DNA of 63,943 bases, the filler included. It is 15 parts of 15 records of this genome, joined end to end, with 100 filler letters (N's around TTAATTAATTAA, not from the genome) between each part and the next. Parts side by side here need not be neighbours in the genome. Positions count along the whole stretch, not along the records: positions 11,343 to 14,078 come from SRR11831586_994; positions 14,179 to 18,487 come from SRR11831586_996; positions 18,588 to 20,883 come from SRR11831586_999; positions 20,984 to 25,183 come from SRR11831586_1009; 11 more parts are not named here. One strand, written 5' to 3'. The notes under the pieces were generated by a model. The model made no database searches. It saw only the letters and a program-made list of their open reading frames with translations, and was not told where the DNA came from. The stretch's first letter is position 1, and every line of letters begins with the position of its first letter. Positions 11,343 through 23,320 of the stretch are shown here, in pieces. The translations under genes and the position numbers were made by a program.

Positions 11343-12741
11343 CGCAGCTGCGCTGGCTTACGGTCTGGACAAAGGCACTGGCAACCGTACTATCGCGGTT
11401 TATGACCTGGGTGGTGGTACTTTCGATATTTCTATTATCGAAATCGACGAAGTTGACGGCGAAAAAACCTTCGAAGTTCTGGCAACCAACGGTGATACCC
11501 ACCTGGGGGGTGAAGACTTCGACAGCCGTCTGATCAACTATCTGGTTGAAGAATTCAAGAAAGATCAGGGCATTGACCTGCGCAACGATCCGCTGGCAAT
11601 GCAGCGCCTGAAAGAAGCGGCAGAAAAAGCGAAAATCGAACTGTCTTCCGCTCAGCAGACCGACGTTAACCTGCCATACATCACTGCAGACGCGACCGGT
11701 CCGAAACACATGAACATCAAAGTGACTCGTGCGAAACTGGAAAGCCTGGTTGAAGATCTGGTAAACCGTTCCATTGAGCCGCTGAAAGTTGCACTGCAGG
11801 ACGCTGGCCTGTCCGTATCTGATATCGACGACGTTATCCTCGTTGGTGGTCAGACTCGTATGCCAATGGTTCAGAAGAAAGTTGCTGAGTTCTTTGGTAA
11901 AGAGCCGCGTAAAGACGTTAACCCGGACGAAGCTGTAGCAATCGGTGCTGCTGTTCAGGGTGGTGTTCTGACTGGTGACGTAAAAGACGTACTGCTGCTG
12001 GACGTTACCCCGCTGTCTCTGGGTATCGAAACCATGGGCGGTGTGATGACGACGCTGATCGCGAAAAACACCACTATCCCGACCAAGCACAGCCAGGTGT
12101 TCTCTACCGCTGAAGACAACCAGTCTGCGGTAACCATCCATGTGCTGCAGGGTGAACGTAAACGTGCGGCTGATAACAAATCTCTGGGTCAGTTCAACCT
12201 AGATGGTATCAACCCGGCACCGCGCGGCATGCCGCAGATCGAAGTTACCTTCGATATCGATGCTGACGGTATCCTGCACGTTTCCGCGAAAGATAAAAAC
12301 AGCGGTAAAGAGCAGAAGATCACCATCAAGGCTTCTTCTGGTCTGAACGAAGATGAAATCCAGAAAATGGTACGCGACGCAGAAGCTAACGCCGAAGCTG
12401 ACCGTAAGTTTGAAGAGCTGGTACAGACTCGCAACCAGGGCGACCATCTGCTGCACAGCACCCGTAAGCAGGTTGAAGAAGCAGGCGACAAACTGCCGGC
12501 TGACGACAAAACTGCTATCGAGTCTGCGCTGACTGCACTGGAAACTGCTCTGAAAGGTGAAGACAAAGCCGCTATCGAAGCGAAAATGCAGGAACTGGCA
12601 CAGGTTTCCCAGAAACTGATGGAAATCGCCCAGCAGCAACATGCCCAGCAGCAGACTGCCGGTGCTGATGCTTCTGCAAACAACGCGAAAGATGACGATG
12701 TTGTCGACGCTGAATTTGAAGAAGTCAAAGACAAAAAATAA
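11343..12741 (+). CDS. dnaK: Hsp70 chaperone DnaK, 5'-truncated
   Basis: DLGGGTFD motif; ends [11 protein letters not shown]. Confidence 0.99.
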
Positions 12742-12829
12742 TCGCCCTATAAACGGGTAATTATACTGACACGGGCGAAGGGGAATTTCCTCTCCGCCCG
12801 TGCATTCATCTAGGGGCAATTTAAAAAAG
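12742..12829 (+). ncRNA. dnaK-dnaJ intergenic hairpin, annotated as Tpke11 in K-12
   Basis: CACGGGCG..CGCCCGTG stem; position recalled from K-12. Confidence 0.45.
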
Positions 12830-13960
12830 ATGGCTAAGCAAGATTATTACGAGATTTTAGGCGTTTCCAAAACAGCGGAAGAGCGTGAAATCAGAAAGGC
12901 CTACAAACGCCTGGCCATGAAATACCACCCGGACCGTAACCAGGGTGACAAAGAGGCCGAGGCGAAATTTAAAGAGATCAAGGAAGCTTATGAAGTTCTG
13001 ACCGACTCGCAAAAACGTGCGGCATACGATCAGTATGGTCATGCTGCGTTTGAGCAAGGTGGCATGGGCGGCGGCGGTTTTGGCGGCGGCGCAGACTTCA
13101 GCGATATTTTTGGTGACGTTTTCGGCGATATTTTTGGCGGCGGACGTGGTCGTCAACGTGCGGCGCGCGGTGCTGATTTACGCTATAACATGGAGCTCAC
13201 CCTCGAAGAAGCTGTACGTGGCGTGACCAAAGAGATCCGCATTCCGACTCTGGAAGAGTGTGACGTTTGCCACGGTAGCGGTGCAAAACCAGGTACACAG
13301 CCGCAGACTTGTCCGACCTGTCATGGTTCTGGTCAGGTGCAGATGCGCCAGGGATTCTTCGCTGTACAGCAGACCTGTCCACACTGTCAGGGCCGCGGTA
13401 CGCTGATCAAAGATCCGTGCAACAAATGTCATGGTCATGGTCGTGTTGAGCGCAGCAAAACGCTGTCCGTTAAAATCCCGGCAGGGGTGGACACTGGAGA
13501 CCGCATCCGTCTTGCGGGCGAAGGTGAAGCGGGCGAGCATGGCGCACCGGCAGGCGATCTGTACGTTCAGGTTCAGGTTAAACAGCACCCGATTTTCGAG
13601 CGTGAAGGCAACAACCTGTATTGCGAAGTCCCGATCAACTTCGCTATGGCGGCGCTGGGTGGCGAAATCGAAGTACCGACCCTTGATGGTCGCGTCAAAC
13701 TGAAAGTGCCTGGCGAAACCCAGACCGGTAAGCTATTCCGTATGCGCGGTAAAGGCGTCAAGTCTGTCCGCGGTGGCGCACAGGGTGATTTGCTGTGCCG
13801 CGTTGTCGTCGAAACACCGGTAGGCCTGAACGAAAGGCAGAAACAGCTGCTGCAAGAGCTGCAAGAAAGCTTCGGTGGCCCAACCGGCGAGCACAACAGC
13901 CCGCGCTCAAAGAGCTTCTTTGATGGTGTGAAGAAGTTTTTTGACGACCTGACCCGCTAA
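12830..13960 (+). CDS. dnaJ: Hsp40 co-chaperone DnaJ
   Basis: HPD motif, G/F region, four CxxCxGxG repeats; start MAKQDYY. Confidence 0.99.
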   Translation: MAKQDYYEILGVSKTAEEREIRKAYKRLAMKYHPDRNQGDKEAEAKFKEIKEAYEVLTDSQKRAAYDQYGHAAFEQGGMGGGGFGGGADFSDIFGDVFGDIFGGGRGRQRAARGADLRYNMELTLEEAVRGVTKEIRIPTLEECDVCHGSGAKPGTQPQTCPTCHGSGQVQMRQGFFAVQQTCPHCQGRGTLIKDPCNKCHGHGRVERSKTLSVKIPAGVDTGDRIRLAGEGEAGEHGAPAGDLYVQVQVKQHPIFEREGNNLYCEVPINFAMAALGGEIEVPTLDGRVKLKVPGETQTGKLFRMRGKGVKSVRGGAQGDLLCRVVVETPVGLNERQKQLLQELQESFGGPTGEHNSPRSKSFFDGVKKFFDDLTR

Positions 13961-14049
13961 CCTCCCCAAAAGCCTGCCCGTGGGCAGGCCTGGGTAAAAA
14001 TAGGGTGCGTTGAAGATATGCGAGCACCTGTAAAGTGGCGGGGATCACT

Positions 14050-14078
14050 CCCATAAGCGCTAACTTAAGGGTTGTGGT
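14050..14078 (+). mobile_element. Terminal end of IS186; the contig breaks inside the IS
   Basis: CCCATAAGCGCTAACTTAAGGGTTGTGG matches the recalled IS186 end; K-12 has IS186 after dnaJ. Confidence 0.8.
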
Positions 14079-14178
14079 NNNNNNNNNNNNNNNNNNNNNN
14101 NNNNNNNNNNNNNNNNNNNNNNTTAATTAATTAANNNNNNNNNNNNNNNNNNNNNNNNNNNNNNNNNNNNNNNNNNNN

Positions 14179-17100
14179 CTTCCAGTTCGTTTTCCGTTTT
14201 GGCGCTGGCAATACGTTTGTAGAACGACAGACGCGTGTTCACGTCAGGGATGAAATCATCTGGCAATAGCGACGGCATCCGCAGCTCGACTTCTGTTTGC
14301 TGGCTGGTGAGATCTTCCAGCGACGGCTCGCGTCCGGCTTTCAGTGCATCGACGGCGTTTTCCAGCAACTCCATATACAGCGAGAAACCGATGGTTTCCA
14401 TTGAGCCGCTTTGTTCTTCGCCAAGCAGTTCACCCGCGCCGCGAATCTCCAGATCGTGCGTTGCCAGCGCAAAACCTGCCCCGAGATCTTCCAGCGAGGC
14501 AATTGCTTCAAGACGTTTTTGTGCATCGGTAGTCATCGCTTTTGGATGCGGTGTCAGCAACCATGCATATGCCTGATGATGCGAACGTCCGACGCGACCG
14601 CGTAACTGGTGCAGCTGCGCCAGACCGAAGTGATCCGCGCGTTCAATGATAATAGTGTTGGCTGTCGGGATGTCGATCCCGGTTTCGATAATGGTTGTAC
14701 AAACCAGCACGTTGAAACGTTGATGATGGAAATCATTCATCACCCGTTCCAGTTCGCGCTCGCGCATCTGCCCGTGACCGATGGCGATCCGCGCTTCTGG
14801 CACCAGTTCTGCCAGCCGTTCGGCGGCTTTCTGAATGTTTTCCACATCATTGTAGAGATAATAAACCTGTCCTCCGCGCAAAATTTCACGCAGGATCGCC
14901 TCCCGGACCACCATGCTGTCATACTCACGGACAAAGGTTTTAACTGCCAGACGACGGGCGGGCGGCGTGGCGATAATCGACAGGTCACGCATTCCGCTCA
15001 TTGCCATATTCAGCGTACGTGGGATCGGCGTTGCAGTAAGCGTCAGAATATCCACGTTCGCGCGCATCGCTTTAATGCGCTCTTTATGACGCACCCCGAA
15101 GCGGTGTTCTTCATCGACAATCAGCAGGCCTAAATCTTTAAACTTGACGTCACTTTGCAGCAGTTTGTGCGTACCGATCAGAATATCGATTTTCCCTTCC
15201 GCCACTTCCGCAAGGATTTGCGTCTGCTCTTTGGCGCTGCGGAAACGGGAGATCATTTCGATACGTACCGGCCAGTTGGCGAAACGGTCGCGGAAGTTGT
15301 CGTAATGCTGCTGCGCGAGAAGGGTGGTAGGCACCAGCACCGCCACCTGCTTGTGGTTATCTACTGCCAGGAAAGCTGCGCGCATCGCCACTTCTGTTTT
15401 ACCAAAGCCAACATCGCCGCACACCAGACGATCCATTGCCAGCGGCTGACACATGTCGCTAAGTACCGCATTAATGGCCTGCGCCTGATCCGGCGTGGTT
15501 TCAAACGGGAAGCTGTCGCAGAACAACTGATACTGCTCACGATCGTGTTTAAACGCGAAGCCCTCTTTGGCGGCGCGTTGCGCGTAGATATCCAGCAATT
15601 CCGCCGCCACATCACGCACTTTTTCCGCCGCTTTCTGCCGCGCGCGTGACCACGCATCGCCGCCAAGTTTATGCAGCGGGGCGTTTTCTTCCGCGCCACC
15701 TGCGTAACGGCTAATCAGATGCAGTGACGACACCGGAACATACAGTTTGGCGTCGTTGGCATAGGTGAGCATCAGATACTCGCCAGTAATGCCACCCGCT
15801 TCCAGCGTGGTCATTCCGGCATAACGACCGACGCCGTGCTCCAGATGGACCACCGGCTGACCAATATGCAGTTCCGCAAGGTTACGGATCAGTGTATCGG
15901 GGTTGATGGTGCGGCGAGAATCCTGACGACGACGGGCAACGCGTTCACCGAGCAGATCGCTTTCGCAAATCAGCGCCAGATTACGCACCGTATCGACAAA
16001 ACCATGTTCGGCAGCGCCAATCATCAGATAACGCCCACGGTCGCTGGCTTCATCAAGACGCATAATGCGTTGCGGAGCAATTTTAATTCGTGCGAGCAGT
16101 TCACCCAGCGCTTCACGGCGACCTTCACTTTCTACCGAGAACACCACCGGACCGTCGAAAGTCTCGAGGAACTTACGCAGCGCATCCAGCGGCGCTTTTT
16201 GTTGTGCCTGAACGGCCAGGTCTGGCAGTTTCTGGAAACCTAAATTGGCATTCGCGGCTTTTGTCGGTAAATGTTCAGTTTTTAGCTGCACCCGGGGCCA
16301 GTTTTTCAGCTCTGAGAAGAGCTCGTCCACCCGCAGCCAGAGCGATTGTGGTGGCAACAGCGGGCGCATCGGATCGACGCCGCGATTCTCAAAACGCGCC
16401 AGCGTGTCAGCCTGGAAACGTTCGGCACTGGTTTCCAGATCGCCAGTATTCACGAGCAAGGTATTGGCAGGGAAATAACTGAACAGCGGCGGCAGTGGTT
16501 CGCTGAAGAACAATGGCTGCCAGTACTCGATCCCGGCAGGTAATGTGCCTTTACTCACTTGCTGGTAAATATGTTCTGGATCGCGCTTCACTTCGAAGGT
16601 ATCGCGCCACTGGCTGCGGAACAGTTCAATTGCCGCTTTATCGGTCGGAAATTCGTGCGCGGGCAGCAGATTGATCGCTTCTACTTCCTCCAGCGTGCGC
16701 TGGCTGTCGACGTCAAACACCCGCAGGCTGTCGATTTCATCATCAAAGAAATCAAGACGATAAGGCAGCTCACTCCCCATCGGGAAGAGATCCAGCAACG
16801 CGCCGCGCGTGGCGTATTCGCCGTGCTCCATCACCTGGTCAACATGGCGATAACCGGCGCTGTCCAGTTGGGTTCGTAATGCATCTCGTGACAGGCGCTG
16901 ACCTTTTTTCATCACCAGCGCATGACCGTGGAGAAAACTGTGTGGGCAAACGCGCTGCATAAGCGTATTCACCGGAACAATCAGTACGCCACGCTGCATC
17001 GTCGGTAGCTGGTAAAGGGTGGAAAGGCGCGAGGAGATAATGTCCTGATGAGGCGAAAAACTGTCGTAGGGAAGAGTTTCCCAGTCCGCCAGATTCATCA

Positions 17101-17299
17101 CCATTTGATCGGTAAACTGGCTGATTTCATCATGCAAACGCAGAGCATTTTGCATATCTGGTGCAATGAGTACCACCGGACCGGCGTGACGTTCGGCAAT
17201 TTCCGCTACCAGCGTTGCACAGGCTGCGCCGGTTAACTCGCCCAGCAGACGCTGCTCACCCGCTTTGACGGGCAGCGTATAACGATATTGTTCAGGCAT
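14179..17299 (-). CDS. mfd: Transcription-repair coupling factor, 3'-truncated
   Basis: MPEQYRYTLP start; GDVGFGKT, DEEH, QLRGRVGR SF2 motifs. Confidence 0.98.
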
Positions 17300-17426
17300 A
17301 ACGGTTGTCAGATTCTCGTTAGGATATGCCTCAACATATGGGGGCATATCTCTGATAAGCAATGCTGTTCATTATCCGTAATCGACATGGTTTAGCAAAT
17401 TGAATCGCCCCGGCTGGGGCGATGGC

Positions 17427-18487
17427 TTAGCGGGAGTAACTGACGGCAGCGGGCAGTGAAGGCGGGGAGAACAACAGATCGCTGAATGCACGCTGTGAAA
17501 GTTTTCTTACCAGCAAGCCCGCAACAGTACAGATGAACAAACTGACAAAGGGATAAACCAGCAGGAGTGTCAGTTCGACTTGCGGCGACCAGCGTGCTGC
17601 GTTCATTTGCGCAAGCAGAGTTAAGCTGAATATTTCAACCAGAATGCGATGGGTGGTGTAGATAGCAATGGTGTTGGAGCCAATCACATTCAGCAGGCTG
17701 GTGGAGCGCATACCGAATCGTTGCTCGTATTGATAAAACAGCTTCATGATCACCACAATCGATACCAGCGACAACAGCAGCGAGATAGTAAACAACCAGG
17801 CACCGACCGCCAGAACGGTAAGCAAAGAAGCCATCAGCAGATGGCGGCGCAACGGCACCTCTTTAACACAGGTCATTATTGTTGCGCCAAACCATGCGCC
17901 AAGGCTGTAATAAGGCAAATTGCGGATCACACTGTTCATTCCCCACCACGGCGTGGGAACGAAATTAACCGCCACACTCAGCAGTACAAACAAGGCGAAT
18001 AGTGGCAGCGCCAGACGGCTAAAAATTTTACATACCACGAAATAGACAATTAACGCATACAGATACCACAAGCTGGTGCTGGCGGTGATCATCCCGTGCA
18101 GGAACTCACCGGTGGAATCGGCATAAGCGGCATTGGAGGCATTGCTTAAATCGCGCTCAGGTGCCAGCCACTGGTTCAGCGCACTTAACGCCAGCCACTG
18201 CACCACGCCCCAAAGCGTCAGCACCCAGAAGATGTTCCAGATCCGTTTATCGAGACAATTTCCCCACGGTACGCTGTCGATATAGCGGCGAATCAAATAG
18301 CCGGATATAAAGAAAAAAACCGGCATACGAAAGGGGGCAAGGTAAAGATTGAAATAGATCCAGCATTTGCTCAGGACTTCCGATAACGGATGCTGAAAAG
18401 TGGTCAGATGCGGATAAAAGGTAATGACCGAGTGATAAATCACCACCAGACAAATACATAACCCTTTGATCTGGTTAATCCATAGCT
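17427..18487 (-). CDS. ycfT: Acyltransferase-3 family inner membrane protein, 5'-truncated
   Basis: RMPVFFFISG and LWYLYAL motifs; upstream of mfd. Confidence 0.92.
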
Positions 18488-18748
18488 NNNNNNNNNNNNN
18501 NNNNNNNNNNNNNNNNNNNNNNNNNNNNNNNTTAATTAATTAANNNNNNNNNNNNNNNNNNNNNNNNNNNNNNNNNNNNNNNNNNNNGGGGGACATACGG
18601 CGGAGATATGGACAGCACGCTTACGAAACGGACAAACCCCCGGAGCGTACATCCATAACGCACCATGTCCACGCACACGCACACACAGACACACACAGTT
18701 GTATTCAGACCCTAACCCTAGCACTGACAATATAATGCGCACCCTAAC

Positions 18749-20150
18749 CGACGCAGACCTAGCGGGGCGAAGGCGATCCCGACTCCGTTGTTAAGGAACC
18801 CCAGGAACGCGACCAAGTGCCGCAACACAAACACAGGGAGGGCTGCAATGAGGGCACGTGCACTCTCAAAATCAGGATCCTATGACATGCCACATATGAG
18901 ACACATACACAGACAACCGATAGACCAGAATGGACACTTGTTTGGCGAACATACACCCATATAACACTACGGAGATCAGAATAGACACAGTGCAATTCAC
19001 TAAGTCACACGTAAACATACGTCCAACCCATGCACAAACGACACTCGGGTGTGCATCACGAACACAAACGCGGACATACACACGCACACGCACATAAGAA
19101 CACAGACACATACCTTCTCTGTTCGCACAGCTGTTGACTTGGCGTACAGGTCATCTGCGATACGGGAGAGGGGTTTCTTGTCAACATCAGACACCTGCAC
19201 ACACGCCACAACGCCACACAACATGCCAAATACAAACAAACAACAGATAACCAATACAAACGTTAGGATAGATAAAGAACGGAACAGAACAAGAACACAC
19301 GGTCAAGTCAGATCAACCATGAGCGAATTCGATTGTATACGCATACATTCTCTCAGTAACGAACAAATCAACAATAAACTTGAAGAATGACACGCACACG
19401 CACACACAAGAAAAGACAGACAGACAGACAGGCATACATACAAACAGAGAGACAGACAGATAGGCATACGCACACAGCATACCTTCACCACCGACAAATC
19501 CTTCCCTCGCCCGATATCACACAGAAACCCCACATCCACAGAGTCGTACGGCAGGTACGCGTCCATACATACACGCGCGTTCAGACTGGGCGCGCGCTAT
19601 ATACGCACACTCACAAAATAAGGCACGTATGCAAGCACAGTAGTGTGAATTGAGGAGGTGATCAGAGAAGCAGCACAGATTCGCAACACAAACAAACAGA
19701 AAAACAAGAGCAGTGTGCAGACTCACGCGCGTATCCCACGCGACACAGCCCAACCGACAGATACAAACAGCCACACACACACCACGTACCGCAAACGCAA
19801 GAGCTAGTGCCTTTCCCACAGCATGCGTCACGGTAACTTTCGCACCCGTACGCTCTCGTATACGCTCAATCTCTTGCAGCAGTGCATCTGCACGGATGCT
19901 CATCTTGCCGTACATTTCGGGACCACGTGGTCGATCCCATGCGGCAATGCTAACCTGCATCGAATGATTATCAAGAACATGGAGGTATAAAACGACATTG
20001 ATGATGCGGGCTGAACAGTAACGAAACAGGAAATGGGCCACCACGTACTTTGCGACGCGGAGATGCTTTAGATCGCAAGAACAAAATGCTGTAGATGAGA
20101 CACCGAACAGCGAAGTAAAACACCACGCAGTACCCTAGTGTGTCCCACAT
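18749..20150 (-). CDS. Eukaryotic spliced gene: stand-alone 2-oxoacid dehydrogenase E2/CAT-fold acyltransferase catalytic domain, 3'-truncated. Exons 20150-20049, 19954-19790, 19596-19483, 19194-19114, 18879-18749
   Basis: GT-AG introns splice in frame to MWDTLG..SPRRK|VSIAAWDRPRGPEMYGK..VTVTHAVGKALA..|RAPSLNAR..VDVGFL..|VSDVDKKPLSRIADDL..|DPDFESARALIAALP.. Confidence 0.72.
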
Positions 20151-20382
20151 GACACACACTGGAGAGTTATCACGATTGGCAAAGGCAATCATGTGCGATC
20201 ATCATCATTGTCTTCCTGTAGGTAGGGTTATGGTTACCTTTAGCTGATGCTCAAGCTAGGGTTAGCGCTATGTTTGCAGCTAGGGTACATATAGTTTCCG
20301 CACCGCGTTTTCGTCCAAGTGACACAGAAGCTCAACCAGACGAAGAGCACAGAACAAGGGAACGTGCCGTGCGCCTTATAAC

Positions 20383-20883
20383 ATGCTGTCGCGCAATACG
20401 TCCGTCCTGTTTTGCGTTGTTGTGACATTCGCATGCTTCATTACGCGCACGTCTGCTTCTGGTCTACCCGCACTCGGTGCTAGCGGCCCACTCTCTGTGT
20501 CTGGTATCAGCGCCGGTGGTTACGCAGCTGTACAATTCCACGTCGCACATAGCGCAGATGTCATGGGAGCAGGTGTTCTTGCTGGTGGTCCGTATTGGTG
20601 TGCACAGGACAATGTCGAGCTCGCACTTCATGACTGCATGGTGGATCCATCGCTAATCAGCGTGGATGAGCTAATTGGCATTACACACACCACCGCGCTT
20701 TCACTTACGATTGACAGCCCCTCCAATCTACAATCGTCTCGTGTGTTTCTGTACAGTGGCACCAACGACACGGTTGTTGTTCCGGGCGTCATGCAGGCAT
20801 TGCTCAAGTACTATGAGGCGTTTGTTGAGCGCGGAAACATTGAGACGGAGTTCAGTGTGGGCAGCGAGCACTCCTCGTTACCA
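20383..20883 (+). CDS. Secreted PHB-depolymerase-like alpha/beta hydrolase, 3'-truncated (eukaryotic contig)
   Basis: Signal peptide; early lipase box VSGISAGG; AGGPYWCA; FLYSGTNDTVV (Asp); SEHS (His). Confidence 0.8.
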
Positions 20884-20983
20884 NNNNNNNNNNNNNNNNN
20901 NNNNNNNNNNNNNNNNNNNNNNNNNNNTTAATTAATTAANNNNNNNNNNNNNNNNNNNNNNNNNNNNNNNNNNNNNNNNNNNN

Positions 20984-21117
20984 TATGCCACAATGCGTTT
21001 CCCACCCGCATCAGGTTCTGGTGCACTGACTTCACATAACGGAGGTGTTATTCCGGACTCATACAGCACCGGATAATTTATTTTTTTGACGCTGCCATCA
21101 GAAACCAGCTTATTCAT
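20984..21117 (-). CDS. trbG: F plasmid TrbG, 3'-truncated
   Basis: MNKLVSDGSVKKINYPVLY; F tra gene order. Confidence 0.85.
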
Positions 21118-21128
21118 CGAAGGGTTCC

Positions 21129-21326
21129 TTATATTTCTGAATTCTTCATCACACCGACAGCAGTCATATTAAAATTGTCCGGCAATGACTCAGAACCGAA
21201 TTTCTCCGGTGCAGGAAGTACGATTCTTGTGGCGCAGTTACTGAGAACAGCATGCATAAAATCATCTGACACGGTTTTACCCGGCACAGAGAGGACTGTA
21301 ATAACATTAATATTACGCATGTTCAT
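21129..21326 (-). CDS. trbD: F plasmid TrbD
   Basis: MNMRNINVITVLSVPG, 65 aa, follows traP. Confidence 0.88.
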   Translation of the reverse strand: MNMRNINVITVLSVPGKTVSDDFMHAVLSNCATRIVLPAPEKFGSESLPDNFNMTAVGVMKNSEI

Positions 21327-21903
21327 TTTTATCTCCGTTGTTTCTGTTTGTTCTGTCATCAGGAAGATAAACAGGGCATTTCCTGATTTTTCCCGGCAGG
21401 GAAGCGTCTTCCGTATAAACTTCCTTCAGATGTTCATCTGCGGTTACCACCCGGATACATTTCATTTTTCCGGGTCGCACCGGATATTTCCCGGTGATCG
21501 CTGCCAGCGAGACATACATCAGTGCCAGTGTTGCCCATAATGCGGTGACCAGTTGCATCAGTGACCGGTCAGTCTCCCTGACATAATCTGCAGCATCAGC
21601 CGCGCGGTAATGGCAGATACCCTGTATTTCTGATCTGCCTGAAGAATCAGAGGAAGAAAACCAGCATTCACTGACCGGGAACTGTCCGGCAGGTGCTGTT
21701 TGTCTTACGAAGTTAATCTCCTTAACCAGTAATTTCCCCGGCGTGGTGTTGTCCTTCCATAAAACAAACAGAGCCATCAGGGCCATTGTGGCCAGTGGCA
21801 GAATGACGGTGTACTTCAGACACCAGAACAGTCCTCGCAGAACCCGGGCGACAACATACCGGGCGGCATGGCACGCCTGACGGGACGACATATTATTTGC
21901 CAT
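21313..21903 (-). CDS. traP: Conjugal transfer protein TraP
   Basis: 196 aa, two TM segments, F tra order. Confidence 0.92.
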   Translation of the reverse strand: MANNMSSRQACHAARYVVARVLRGLFWCLKYTVILPLATMALMALFVLWKDNTTPGKLLVKEINFVRQTAPAGQFPVSECWFSSSDSSGRSEIQGICHYRAADAADYVRETDRSLMQLVTALWATLALMYVSLAAITGKYPVRPGKMKCIRVVTADEHLKEVYTEDASLPGKIRKCPVYLPDDRTNRNNGDKNEHA

Positions 21904-23320
21904 CGTTGCCCCCTCCCTGGCTGCCGGACATAAACTGCTGCGGATTCAGGTTGCCCAGCTGCTTCAGCATCTGGTCAGTATTAAAGCCGTTAAGATGACT
22001 TTCAGCCGATGGCGGAACAGGAACCGGACTTTCCGGATTGTCTTCTTCCGCTCTGCTCTGCGTGCGTTCCAGCGCCATCTCTTCCACGGTTTTCAGCTGG
22101 AAGCCGTCCTGGAACACCACGGTCACTTCGTTGCCCGCACCAATCGGTATCACCGGGTGATACTGTTCGGCACGTTTGATGTAGTAGTCACTGAGCGTCT
22201 GTGCGGCTTTCGATGCGCCGCCACCGATACCCATTTTCAGGACATCACCAGCCCCGTAAGCGGCTGTGGCACCCAGCCCGACAGCCGGCTGGGAGGCGCG
22301 CTCCATTCCCTGACCGATACCGTCAACAAATCCCGCGCCCCATGCCCAGCCGAGGATTTTGCCGTTACGCATCACCACTTCGCCCTTGATACCGTTTTTA
22401 CCCCGGAAGCTGACATGCCCCTTAATCGGCATATCAATAGTTTTGCCGTCCTTCAGGCAACTGATATTGCGGGTGCGTACAATGGCACGCTCACTGGACA
22501 CATCCCCCCAGGCTTCCAGACCCACAAAACATCCCGTTGCGTCATACGTCTTGCTGTTCGGCATTTCCACCAGGCCGGTGATACGCAGCTGCATCGGCAC
22601 CGTGGATTCATTACCGGTGACAGAGGCATTGGCATCCGCCCCTTCAATCAGCATGGCTTTCGCAAAACTTCCTGACGGAATGTACGGCAGTGATGGTCCC
22701 TGTTTTCCCTCATTACGGGTAAACACCTTACGCTGTATCCGGTTAGGCACCGGCACAGACTGGTACGTCACCTGTGGTGGTGGCGTGACACCATTCCCGG
22801 GATAAAACGCCGTCGGCGGTGGAACAGCAACGCTGCCCTGCGGCGGGAAGGATACGGGGGTGTTTCCTGGCTGTGGTTCGCCTTCCGGGCCGGGCGGTGA
22901 GGCAGGCATCTGCGGTACAGGCTCACCGGTCGCCGTGACGGGATTAGCACCCAGGGCTTTTACCTGCTCTGCCAGGGCGGCATTGTCCTGTCCCAACTTT
23001 TCAATACGACGCTGGTCATCACCGCGCTGTTTGTTCAGAACATCCAGCTCACGACGGATTTCCTCATACTGCTTCTGCATCTGCGCTGCCGTCACCTGCA
23101 TCTCGGTGGTGGCATGCTGACGCACCTTGTCATCAAAGGTCGTATCCACCACACCGGTCATATCCGGCACAGGCTCCTGTTCAGCCACGGTTTCACCGTT
23201 ACCGGACATGTCCACATCAGACAGATACAGTGCCCCACCAATCGCGGAGGCTGTACCGACAACCACAATCCCCAGCCACAGGTACTGCTTGCGTTTCACA
23301 ATGGTATTGATACTGGCCAT
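21893..23320 (-). CDS. traB: VirB10-like TraB
   Basis: N-terminal TM, coiled coil, Pro-rich linker, TrbI-like C-terminus; 475 aa. Confidence 0.96.
   Translation of the reverse strand: MASINTIVKRKQYLWLGIVVVGTASAIGGALYLSDVDMSGNGETVAEQEPVPDMTGVVDTTFDDKVRQHATTEMQVTAAQMQKQYEEIRRELDVLNKQRGDDQRRIEKLGQDNAALAEQVKALGANPVTATGEPVPQMPASPPGPEGEPQPGNTPVSFPPQGSVAVPPPTAFYPGNGVTPPPQVTYQSVPVPNRIQRKVFTRNEGKQGPSLPYIPSGSFAKAMLIEGADANASVTGNESTVPMQLRITGLVEMPNSKTYDATGCFVGLEAWGDVSSERAIVRTRNISCLKDGKTIDMPIKGHVSFRGKNGIKGEVVMRNGKILGWAWGAGFVDGIGQGMERASQPAVGLGATAAYGAGDVLKMGIGGGASKAAQTLSDYYIKRAEQYHPVIPIGAGNEVTVVFQDGFQLKTVEEMALERTQSRAEEDNPESPVPVPPSAESHLNGFNTDQMLKQLGNLNPQQFMSGSQGGGNDGK

Noticed and set aside
11287-12819. Long antisense ORFs opposite dnaK (likewise mfd, clpB, fecA, traB)
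   Set aside because: Expected shadows of biased codon usage; no RBS or domain evidence
18536-19720. Cys/Val-rich and His/Thr-rich ORFs as metal-binding peptides
   Set aside because: They are translations of intronic TG/CA repeats
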